From positions 1 through 33,870 of the IMG/VR virus record IMGVR_UViG_3300030207_001146: a stretch of DNA of 33,870 nt, one strand, 5' to 3'. Position 1 is the first letter of the stretch. Each line of letters starts with the position of its first letter. Source of the DNA: a virus (lineage: Duplodnaviria > Caudoviricetes). The notes under the pieces are model-generated. The model was not told where the DNA came from. It did no database searches and was given only the letters and a program-made list of their open reading frames with translations. Made by a program: the position numbers and the translations under genes. Shown here piece by piece: positions 9,501-16,806 of the stretch.

Positions 9501-12500
9501 GCTATTTTACTTTTTTTAATTTTTTCTCTAAGTTTTTGATTAACCTCACCTGCTTTAATTTTTTTAGCTAGTTCAGTTAAAAATCTAATAACATCTGTCT
9601 CTCCTTCAAAATCAAACTCAACGTCAGAGTTAGTAGCTTTTTGTGTACCTTTTGTAAATAAAAATCCAGCCATAGCCGCTATACCAGAATTTTTTTCGCT
9701 CTTTAAATCAAACTTTCCTTCAGCAACCATTTCAAAAAATGTAACAACAGCCTCATCTATTGGCATTTGGTTTTTAGTACCCCAATTAGTTCTTAAAGCT
9801 AACTGTAAATAAAGAGCTGGATTTACTTGCTGTATAAAATCAAATAGTTCTTCAACAATTTCTTTAAAAGCTTCTGGGTTTTCTGATATAGCTTCTGTTA
9901 ATATAGTGTGACCAAGCTCATGAGTTCTTGTTTCCAACCTATCATCTTTAGCCATATTTTCTTCTACTTGAAAAGGTATAAAATCAACTATATCACCGTC
10001 TTTGTTTCTTATTGCTATATTACTTCCGTGTCCACCTTTTAATATGTTTTCTATTAATTTCTTTTTATTAGCTTCAGATATATCCATTTTATTTATAGCA
10101 TCTATAGCTTCATTAACAGTTTTAAAACTTAATAAAGATTTACCTAATTTAGTTTTACCTCTTTTACTTTTATAATCTCTTCTAATCTCTTCAATATTGT
10201 ATTGTAATCTAGCCTCTTCATTTATCTGATCGTCAGTAGGATTTTGAATTTTTTTACCATCACCAAAAAGTTGTTGCCCGCTCTCAAGCCTGTTCCTAGC
10301 GTCGTTAATTAATTTTTGTTTTCTTTCGATGTCAGCGTCAGAGTTACTATTCATTAGAGCTATCCACTTGCTACCAAACTCCTTAGAGTTTCTCATTACC
10401 TCCATATAATCAGTGACTCTATTGTACTCTGCTTTTAAAATTTTTAATGCTGCATTTTTTTGTTTTCTGTTTAATTTTTTATCAGCGTGTATTGATTTAG
10501 CCTCTTGAGTTATAGCTTGCGATCTAGCGTGGTATTTTAAATACACATCAGTAAACTCTTTACTTAATTTGTTTTTTACTTTAGATTCTACTTCTTTAAG
10601 TATTTTTTGATTATTTTTACCTAAAGATTCTATCTCAGTCTCTAATGACTTTATATACTCTTTATTTACTTTAGCTTTAGGATCTTGTTTTAAGCTTCTA
10701 TTGTATTTATCTAGCTCTTGTTTTTTCTTTTTTATCTGCTTTAAATTATTTTGAAATTCAAGGTTTTGTTTAGTATCAGCCATAGCGTTCATAAACATAC
10801 CTTTTATTACAGGCGCTCCACCAAATATAACACCAAACATTCCACCTGAAAATAACGCATGGCTTAGGTTTTCAGATAAAGGTCTTCCAGTTATTAAGTT
10901 TTGAAACAAAGAAGTAAAACCTTCTGCTGCCATTTCTTGAGCACCACCTCTTAAAAACCCAGTCCAATTGTTTTTAAACCAATCATTAGCCCCTCTAAAA
11001 CCACCTTGTAATAAAGATTTTGTTCTTCCAAACGTACCAGCCCAAGATCTCTTTAACATAGGCACAGTAAATAACCTATCAAAAACAGCTTCAGCAGCGC
11101 CGTAACCAGCGCTAGTCCAAAACTTTTCATGCTCTGATGTTTTTCTACCCGTTAACATTTCTGTTTGTAACATTTGCGCGTAGTTGTCTACACCACTAGA
11201 TCCAGCAACAGCGAATAAACCAGCGCCACCACCAACTCCTAGACTAACAAATATAGGTATTTGTTGCCCTACTTCTTGCGCGAACCACTTACCAAAGTTA
11301 GTTATATTACTAAAAGCATCGTCAAAATCTATTCCTTTTTGATATCTATTTCTTTGATAAGCATTTAGTATACTGTGATCCATTATCCTACTATCTACTA
11401 CTTCTTGAAGATTAGTTCCAGCGATATTATCAAGTGTATATTGTGTTATTTTTGCACCAGCAAGTAAACCACCAGAAAATAAATCTTCAAAACCATCCAT
11501 TATCAAACCGTTCCAAAAAAGATCTAGATCGTTGTAGTTTTTCATAGCTAACTCAGCTTTATAAGGCGTCCAAGTTAAACCTTCCATGACTTTATAATTT
11601 TCATCTAGCCATTCATCTAAATCTGACTGTTCTTTTTTTAGTATAGATAAACCATTTATATACTTATCCCATATTTTTTTAGGTATTTTTTTATCTATAT
11701 CTTCAAAAGTATAATACTGCTCACCAGGTTTTATTTCGAAAATGTAATCAGGGTCTGATATTAAATTATCTATTTTTATTTTATAAGCTAATTCATTTTT
11801 AGGATTATCTACAGTACCAAATCTATCTACAATATCTCTATGTTTTTTATCAGACATAGCGTTAAAGTCAAGTAAAGCTTTAGCATCTCTATCTTCTTTT
11901 ACTCTAAACGCAGCTCTAACTTGCTCTATAGTTCCCTTAGAAAACCAACCGTCTTCTATAGAGTCCATATAATTTAACATTTTTTCGTCTATTAACTTTG
12001 GCTTTACGCCAGCTAGTAGTAAGTTCCAAGCTACGGCTTGCACTTGTTCATTAAAATCAGGGCTAAGAGAAGGATCAGGTAGGTTGTTTTTATGAGCCAT
12101 TGCTAATAAAAAATTTTCAGCTTGCTCTAGAGTTTCAGAGTGAGGTACGTAAAATCCTCCATTATGAGTTCTGTAGCCATCAAACAAGCCTGGCTTCATT
12201 ATCATTATTTTTTCTCCACTAGGATCTAAGATTAATTCACCATTTTCATCTTTCTTGTAAATACTAAACTTCATTTTAGCGTCTATAACTTCTTGATCTG
12301 ATATGTATAGAGCGCCTTGTTCCCCAGTATCTGGGTTTATTTTCATCTCTTGTTTTCTAATTTCTTGTATACTAGCTTCTAATCTTTCGTTTGTTTTATT
12401 ATATTTTTCATCATCTGTTAAATTTTGATCTAAAAACATTTGAAGCTTGCTAGAGTTTTCGTCAATAGATTTTTTATAATAATAATCTTTTTTTTGATCA

Positions 12501-13813
12501 CTTGTTGTAAGGCCTGGTAGTAAAAAATATAATGGATCAAATCCCATGTCTATGCCAAAATAACCTTTGCCTTCTCCAAACATTGATTCAAATTTTTTAT
12601 ACTCCTGGTCATAGTTTATTTTAGTGTCTATTATTACGGACTTTCCAGTACCTTTGTGTATTACTTTAACTCTTCTAAAATCATGTATTAGTCCTAATTG
12701 AGAAGCAGCGCCAGGTCCCATATTACCTTCCCAACCAGTACCTGTTAATGCGTCTAATGTTGCTCCAGCTATTTCATGTACGCTATCCATATCTGGATGT
12801 AGTATTTGAAATTCTAAAACATCTTCTCCATAATAAGTTTGCATTTGTCTAATAAAAGATTCAGCATTATTTTCATATAAAGAAGTATCACCAACATCAA
12901 CAAAACTATCTTTACCATTAGCAACGCGCTTTACTTTTTTTCCTTTTTCAGTATAAAGATCTCTATAATTTAAAATGTCACCTGTAGGATTACCATCTTC
13001 ATCTAATACCGAGGTACTCCAAAGTTGAGCGTTGTAATCGTAATCTAAATAATTTGTATCAGGATCTCCGTAATCAAATTTTGCAAAACTCCCTTCTTGT
13101 CCATTAGTGAGTATATAATTTAGTCTATTAATAGTTCCTTCGTCTTCTACGAATTTATTATTGTTACGCTTAAATGCCCACTGAAAATTAGGGTCATCAC
13201 CTCCCATATAAATATAGTCATCATAAAACATATAACCTTCATACGTGTCTTCAATAAATAGTCTAGAGTTTCTTATATCTCTATCGCTCATTTGCTCTAT
13301 GCTGTTAAGCTCGTCAATAATAGCTTGATCTAATTTAATTTCAAAATCTCCGCCAGGATCATGCTTATACTCCCATTCACCATCTTCATTTTTTGTAAAA
13401 TCACCGTAAACAAGGCTGTCGTGTTTAAACATATTATGACCTTTTGATACGTTTTTTGGATTAACCCTTTTAGTATCTCTAAGATTATTGTCTTTAGCTT
13501 CTATTTCTTTTTGTTTGATATTTTCGTCTGATTCGACTGGAGTAGTTTCTCCTTCAGGTGTTTCTACTTTAGGAGTTTCTAGCTTTATAGCTGTGAGGTT
13601 TTTATTTTTTAGCTCTTCTTGAAAAGCCTCTTCGTGTTCCGCATCTACGTTTACTTGCCTACCATCGGATAGGCTATATTTATTTTCTTTATCTTGTTCT
13701 TGAACGAGAGTAGCAGTTAAACCAGCCTCTTCCAAAGCTTTAAAAAAAGCTTCTTCATGCTCTGGTGAAACCGTTTTGGTTCTACCATCAGATAGTAAAT
13801 ATTTTCTTTCCAT
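3527..13813 (-). CDS. Giant multidomain (polyvalent-type) internal virion/ejection protein (3428 aa)
   Basis: Follows two ejection-like genes. Visible motifs: Gly-rich hydrophobic segments, HELGH (aa 1298), EYEHAMP (His at aa 2150), HAD motifs DFDDT/LTAR/K/VDD, Walker A GGAGSGKG, two C-terminal C-x9-C...C-x2-H units. Confidence 0.75.
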   Translation of the reverse strand: MERKYLLSDGRTKTVSPEHEEAFFKALEEAGLTATLVQEQDKENKYSLSDGRQVNVDAEHEEAFQEELKNKNLTAIKLETPKVETPEGETTPVESDENIKQKEIEAKDNNLRDTKRVNPKNVSKGHNMFKHDSLVYGDFTKNEDGEWEYKHDPGGDFEIKLDQAIIDELNSIEQMSDRDIRNSRLFIEDTYEGYMFYDDYIYMGGDDPNFQWAFKRNNNKFVEDEGTINRLNYILTNGQEGSFAKFDYGDPDTNYLDYDYNAQLWSTSVLDEDGNPTGDILNYRDLYTEKGKKVKRVANGKDSFVDVGDTSLYENNAESFIRQMQTYYGEDVLEFQILHPDMDSVHEIAGATLDALTGTGWEGNMGPGAASQLGLIHDFRRVKVIHKGTGKSVIIDTKINYDQEYKKFESMFGEGKGYFGIDMGFDPLYFLLPGLTTSDQKKDYYYKKSIDENSSKLQMFLDQNLTDDEKYNKTNERLEASIQEIRKQEMKINPDTGEQGALYISDQEVIDAKMKFSIYKKDENGELILDPSGEKIMIMKPGLFDGYRTHNGGFYVPHSETLEQAENFLLAMAHKNNLPDPSLSPDFNEQVQAVAWNLLLAGVKPKLIDEKMLNYMDSIEDGWFSKGTIEQVRAAFRVKEDRDAKALLDFNAMSDKKHRDIVDRFGTVDNPKNELAYKIKIDNLISDPDYIFEIKPGEQYYTFEDIDKKIPKKIWDKYINGLSILKKEQSDLDEWLDENYKVMEGLTWTPYKAELAMKNYNDLDLFWNGLIMDGFEDLFSGGLLAGAKITQYTLDNIAGTNLQEVVDSRIMDHSILNAYQRNRYQKGIDFDDAFSNITNFGKWFAQEVGQQIPIFVSLGVGGGAGLFAVAGSSGVDNYAQMLQTEMLTGRKTSEHEKFWTSAGYGAAEAVFDRLFTVPMLKRSWAGTFGRTKSLLQGGFRGANDWFKNNWTGFLRGGAQEMAAEGFTSLFQNLITGRPLSENLSHALFSGGMFGVIFGGAPVIKGMFMNAMADTKQNLEFQNNLKQIKKKKQELDKYNRSLKQDPKAKVNKEYIKSLETEIESLGKNNQKILKEVESKVKNKLSKEFTDVYLKYHARSQAITQEAKSIHADKKLNRKQKNAALKILKAEYNRVTDYMEVMRNSKEFGSKWIALMNSNSDADIERKQKLINDARNRLESGQQLFGDGKKIQNPTDDQINEEARLQYNIEEIRRDYKSKRGKTKLGKSLLSFKTVNEAIDAINKMDISEANKKKLIENILKGGHGSNIAIRNKDGDIVDFIPFQVEENMAKDDRLETRTHELGHTILTEAISENPEAFKEIVEELFDFIQQVNPALYLQLALRTNWGTKNQMPIDEAVVTFFEMVAEGKFDLKSEKNSGIAAMAGFLFTKGTQKATNSDVEFDFEGETDVIRFLTELAKKIKAGEVNQKLREKIKKSKIATEARKKAEKEKKEEKKIKEDAKMSAKADGDVNGLMINPRTSKVYTDEEWKTEGAKRALSELKKNTWLDGLIRGKYKVRPIPKTWVNDVKNSPEFKNMIDRFNRGLWGTNRQNDSLFGYIQGQLRFRADDVFKLFNAGKAPLGTKSLDAQMQDGPIVQIQDTTYDLDKITDSINLFDDVVKDRNVESKNIESKFRKEIGISDIGKSEVFAKVKTSIIMSSDFRNPKEFLKSFEQNSANTLYSTMERVFKNPANLIKYRKAILESIPISTLIQMQKQLPEKIFIKSHGRATNKTILSDFVYGRNESGRNPDNKRLLPEEILNNSTISKKKRAQGVPVYERLETTTSQWESFINAPLINPRTGKRSGTRGNNKIKILSESAIAIAKDATPEVLNREFVEKYMDLKGIDGITPQEVVKEINEAINRDPDLKFSSKSTVEIDEFLNVNNYLDIDANGKNVVLNMNNIGNAFDLKTNEGRKKFRTFIKDVLLPIMPREFWFGDVGSIAVDEIQKQIALMGDKFYKQYNLDIKVAKPLIDQAIKEPGKNNKNLKKVIKDLNIQHWGTVFTPSHDAYGNFSMSQTSPGVFKNPKEAKSYNEFRHSLRDLRNLPDENFGPPIEGISDFKVSAYSSIFKDNKTIKKGIEDGSIDRWNDKVTKIHEEMWSRFNQVIKENPENARGIATYLGLVANDTGHWHKLGARFIGYSETITGKRFEYEHAMPATAAYLYLLDSALKSDVNFEASYKFLMKNYTLIALDKAMDNKLRSARTESGFSLQRRMNDNFSVIDGNWWERYFNAIVVAVDGIGIPPSSLIGLDGRTFEQIYKIKADGKPTGLRSSEKIKTDQNIADADVNSVKNSSKPRGMSTFDFDDTLGFTKSGVRATVPNPDGTPKPNRKVIFLAGGAGSGKGNVISQLGLEGMGFKIVNSDISLEWLKKNSGLPADMRDLTKEQRSTLGKLGAQARKIARRKMMKYQGNANGVIVDGTGGSVKSMQRLVDEFKSKGYDVSMLFVDTSLDVALERNRARKERSLLDTIVKRNHEAVQNNKPTFKKMFGNRFMEVNTDNLTMQSPMPGKLVRQMEDFVSSYEKLRLDAAEFAEQGDAILEQGGEFDFSEFNDVVDGTPGPLLDKAKERAAKFGTKDMFVLTARPQQSAKAIHEFLKSQGLNIPIENITGLANSTGDAKAKWFLQKFAEGYNDMYFVDDALQNVEAVKQALDQLDIKSDVVQAKIKFSEKASVEFNEILERKKGIEAGKVFSSAEARKLASQTNIKRFLKSLYIPPSAEDFKGLLYYFITSGKQGEVDFKYLVDNLVTPFGKGIRAWNTYKQTMVEDFKNLKKKHKIKLNNNVPLTGLTVDTAVRVYLWNKNGFEIEGISDKVKIRLINHVNNNPEIRAFADSLSLITKRKDGYTAPSETWMLESISTDLRNIVDKIGRQEFLHEFIHNKNIIFSQQNINKIRAIYGNDFTSALLDSLFRMENGGNRPSGQSRIVSGFTSWINASIGSIMFFNTRSALLQTLSTVNFINWSDNNIFKASAAWANQPQFWKDFVMLFNSPMLKQRRSGLQTDVSAAELTKTFREGRATPVGVIRYLLQKGFLPTQVADSFAIAFGGASFYRNRYKSLIKKGMSPAQAHDQAMLDFQQVAEETQQSSREDLISQQQASVLGRFILAFQNVTMQYGRLTKKSLVDLINGRGDFKTNVSKILYYGAVQNIIFASLQSALAFLLFGDEDEELIDDKTERALNSALDSFLRGTGIYGALVSTLKNTIIQWNKQQEADFGKDRPEKIGLEILNLSPPIGSKLRKIYNAYYAEKYNKGVSEELGLRIENPEISKWANIVEGLTNIPLARLQNKANNLEEAFTGGHDTWKKVALVLGWSRWDIGIEDEELEAAKETAKTKRAEQKKIEKEEEKKKEEQRLKEEGYKTIRCSGIKSNGKRCSIMSQPTKDKKFLCYHHAAFTDGMDRDGDGIKEYRCTGIKKNGKRCKNKTENENKRCYAHQ

Positions 13814-13845
13814 ACTGTATCGTTAGTTACCCGTTATTAAAATGT

Positions 13846-15687
13846 TTACAGAGAGTCTCCTGTTGTAAAATTTGTGTCTATATTTTTACCAGGAAAATTA
13901 GCCTGTATAAATGCATTCATTTCTGCCCTTGAATCTGATTCTGCACCAGCGCCATAATAATCATATCCAAATTCTTTTTTCTTACCGTTAGGTGCTGTTA
14001 TTATAAGTTTACCCTCGCCTTTCGCAATTACGCTAAAACCGTACCGCCCAAGTTTTTCAGCGTTACCAGCCGCTAAATCTTCAGCCCCGTCATCAAAATA
14101 CATATGTGTTGCTCCGCTTTGAGCGTAAGATGGCACTATAGTAGGTATGCTTTCTTCACCAGATCTAACGCTGTAAATATTATCAAGAACTTGTTGTTGC
14201 GTTCCTTTAAAACCGTATTTTGTAGTACCAAAAGTTAACTCTTGCTCTGGGCTCTCAAAAAGATCATCAAAAAACTTCATATCTGGAGAGCTCTTTAAAG
14301 TTGTTAAGTAGTTATCTTTATATTGAGTAGAGCTTGTGACTTCGGCGTTATCATCACCAGCATCACCAGTATCACCAGTATCACCGGTATCGCCAGTATC
14401 ACTAGTGTCGCTAGTATCGCTAGTGTCGCTAGTATCGCTAGTATCGCTAGTATCATCTGTGCCGCCGCCGCCACCTTCTTTTTTATTATCTTTCTTACTG
14501 CTATCAGGTAAACTATTATTGTGATTTTGCTCTAAGCCTTTAGTTATATATTCAGCTAATAGATTTTTAGCTAAATCATCGTCACCTTTTATAGCTTTCA
14601 TTATCCTTTTAATATCTCTTTTAGTTATTTTACCATTATCAGTTGGATCTAGTCTTTCTATTATTTTTTTATCTATACCCAAGTTTTGATAAGTTCCGTT
14701 TTGTAAAGCTTCTGTTAAGTCGTCTGTAAAGTTTCTACCAGCAAACATTGGGTCTTCCATTAATGACTTTAAATCCCCAGTTTCAATTATATTATTTCTA
14801 ACATTTTGAAACATCTGATTATAATTAAACTGAGCATTGTCTCCAGGTTTTATGTTAGTTGCTTTTTCTACAACAGTGTCTAGCAAACCTGTTATTGTAT
14901 CTTTACTTTTACTATCTACTTTTTTACTATCAACTAAAGATTGTATTTCGTCGGTTGTTTTAAAAATTTCGGTTTCAAAAGGAACACTATTACCTACTTT
15001 AGCCCCTCTCTTGTCTATATCATCTTGTTGATATGGATGAAACTCTTCTAACTTATTTCCTGTTTTTTTACCTGACCACATAAAGTTAGTCCATTTAGAA
15101 AAGTCCATACCATGAAGCTTAACGTTCATGTCTCTGTTAGCTTTAAATGCCTCGTCAAATGTCATGCCAGCATATTTATTAGCGTCTGGATTTGTTATCA
15201 TATATCCAGTTTTACCATCTTTTTGTATAAGCTCTTTGTCACCATTAACAATATCAACAATATCATCAGCGTTGTCACCAAGTTTATTTTTAGGATCATC
15301 TCCTAGATCACCACCTGTAATACCACCAGCTATATCTTTTTTTAAATTTTCATTTTTTTCTAGCCCTTTTTTCATTTCAAGAATATCTCTCTTAGCTAGC
15401 ATTTTATCTTTTTTGTTTAAATAAACATATCCGAATCTTTTCTTTTTTAATTTTTTATACATAGCGCTATACTCAGCTTCAGACATACCAGGATCTCTTT
15501 CTAGCTCAGAGTTCATTATTCTCATTAAATTTTGATTAAACTCTATGTTGTTTCTTTTGATAGTCTTAGCTGTGCCTTCGGCAACGTATGCTGCAGCTTT
15601 AGTTAACTCTGTAGTAACAGCTAACTTGCCACCTCCTTTTGTTTGAGCAACCGCCGCTGCCCCTCGTATTAATTGTGAATCTGCCAT
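13846..15687 (-). CDS. Putative internal virion/ejection protein (613 aa)
   Basis: Lies between the pilot-like gene and the giant gene, as in podoviral three-gene ejection cassettes; Ala/Gly-rich N-terminus, charged helical body, acidic tripeptide-repeat linker. Confidence 0.5.
   Translation of the reverse strand: MADSQLIRGAAAVAQTKGGGKLAVTTELTKAAAYVAEGTAKTIKRNNIEFNQNLMRIMNSELERDPGMSEAEYSAMYKKLKKKRFGYVYLNKKDKMLAKRDILEMKKGLEKNENLKKDIAGGITGGDLGDDPKNKLGDNADDIVDIVNGDKELIQKDGKTGYMITNPDANKYAGMTFDEAFKANRDMNVKLHGMDFSKWTNFMWSGKKTGNKLEEFHPYQQDDIDKRGAKVGNSVPFETEIFKTTDEIQSLVDSKKVDSKSKDTITGLLDTVVEKATNIKPGDNAQFNYNQMFQNVRNNIIETGDLKSLMEDPMFAGRNFTDDLTEALQNGTYQNLGIDKKIIERLDPTDNGKITKRDIKRIMKAIKGDDDLAKNLLAEYITKGLEQNHNNSLPDSSKKDNKKEGGGGGTDDTSDTSDTSDTSDTSDTSDTGDTGDTGDTGDAGDDNAEVTSSTQYKDNYLTTLKSSPDMKFFDDLFESPEQELTFGTTKYGFKGTQQQVLDNIYSVRSGEESIPTIVPSYAQSGATHMYFDDGAEDLAAGNAEKLGRYGFSVIAKGEGKLIITAPNGKKKEFGYDYYGAGAESDSRAEMNAFIQANFPGKNIDTNFTTGDSL
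14356..14454 (-). repeat. In-frame 9-bp tandem repeat, 11 units, encoding (DTS)6(DTG)4DAG
   Basis: Direct read of + strand units such as gctagtatc and accagtatc. Confidence 0.95.
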
Positions 15688-16374
15688 TTATTCGTCTTCT
15701 TTTAAATCTTCATATAACTTCTTGTAGTCTGTTTGATCACCAAAACCAGCTACCATATCAGCCGCTCCTTGTATTCCTCCAGATATAGCTGCCATCTTAG
15801 CCTGCTCTGCTGCGGCTATTCTTTGTTGTGCTCCAGCTAATTCCTGTTGTGACATTCCTAATAGTGTAGACTGCTTTTCTCTCTCCATGTTTCTAGACAG
15901 TATCTCTCCTTGTCTTTCCATAGATTGTATTTGACTAGCTTGAGCTGCCGCCGCTCTTTGATTAGCAGCTTCTTGCTGTCCTATACTAGCTGACGATTGT
16001 TGTGATGCTATCTGTCCTTGCTGCGCTAGTGACTGAGCTAGAGCAGCTATACCACTACCACCAGCCGCACCTCTTAACTCACCCATTATATTAGCTTGAC
16101 TTTGTGCAAACTGTTGTGATTGAAATTGAGCCTGCTGTTGATTTATAGTTAAATCTTCCATAGTATTTTCCATATTAAGATATGGGTTACTTGTATCAAG
16201 ATTAGCATATATATCTTTAAGCCTTTTCATTTCTGCTTCTTTTTTCTTAGCCTCTCTTTGTGCTTGCTTTTTAGCTTGATTAGCTTTTACAGCCCCAAAA
16301 ATACTCAGGCCTGTCGAGACCGCTGCCCCAACTATAGGTACAATTTTAAGTGGACTATTAGAATTTTCTGCCAT
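15688..16374 (-). CDS. Putative DNA pilot/ejection protein (228 aa)
   Basis: N-terminal Gly/Ala hydrophobic helix (IVPIVGAAVSTGLSIFGAVKA) followed by Gln/Ala-rich coiled coil, as in small podoviral ejection proteins; first gene after a promoter-like motif. Confidence 0.55.
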   Translation of the reverse strand: MAENSNSPLKIVPIVGAAVSTGLSIFGAVKANQAKKQAQREAKKKEAEMKRLKDIYANLDTSNPYLNMENTMEDLTINQQQAQFQSQQFAQSQANIMGELRGAAGGSGIAALAQSLAQQGQIASQQSSASIGQQEAANQRAAAAQASQIQSMERQGEILSRNMEREKQSTLLGMSQQELAGAQQRIAAAEQAKMAAISGGIQGAADMVAGFGDQTDYKKLYEDLKEDE

Positions 16375-16384
16375 AATTATTTAA

Positions 16385-16405
16385 TTTACTATATTATAGT
16401 TACAT
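16385..16405 (-). promoter_or_regulatory. Putative phage promoter/operator ATGTAACTATAATATAGTAAA
   Basis: Identical 21-mer at 26392-26412; both copies are intergenic and end exactly 10 nt before an ATG. Confidence 0.7.
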
Positions 16406-16415
16406 TTTTTGGTCA

Positions 16416-16805
16416 CTATTTACTACTTTCAGACACTTGACATGCTGCCGAATACATCTCAGCTTTTTCATCAGAACTGTTTTTAAATCTAACTAAACCG
16501 TAATAACCAACTAAAGAAGAGCAATTAACAGCGTTGTCTTTAGAAAAGAATATAAAGTTAGAAGAAGTAGGTGGTGTTACGCTATCAGCCATATCAAAAG
16601 TAATACTTGTTGTCAATGTGCCATCTGTTAAAGAAGTTGAGTGATCTATTGATTTAACTTTACCTATTTCAACAAATTGCTCTTGTGTATTATTTACTTG
16701 GAATCCAGCCACTGCCTCTGATTCTAGCACAGCATAATAACCAACGTCTCCAACCTGAAGTGAAGGGTAGCTATTTCTAGGAAATTGTAATGTTGTATTT
16801 GCCAT
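16416..16805 (-). CDS. Tail-associated protein, possibly the separated C-terminal module of the stabilization protein (129 aa)
   Basis: Beta-rich; ends FIFFSKDN...LVGYYGLVRFKNSSDEKAEMYSAACQVSESSK, resembling from recall the C-termini of related phage tail-stabilization proteins. Confidence 0.5.
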   Translation of the reverse strand: MANTTLQFPRNSYPSLQVGDVGYYAVLESEAVAGFQVNNTQEQFVEIGKVKSIDHSTSLTDGTLTTSITFDMADSVTPPTSSNFIFFSKDNAVNCSSLVGYYGLVRFKNSSDEKAEMYSAACQVSESSK

Positions 16806-16806
16806 A

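Noticed and set aside
14356-14454. Tandem repeat as a CRISPR array
   Set aside because: Contiguous 9-bp units with no spacers, in frame within a CDS
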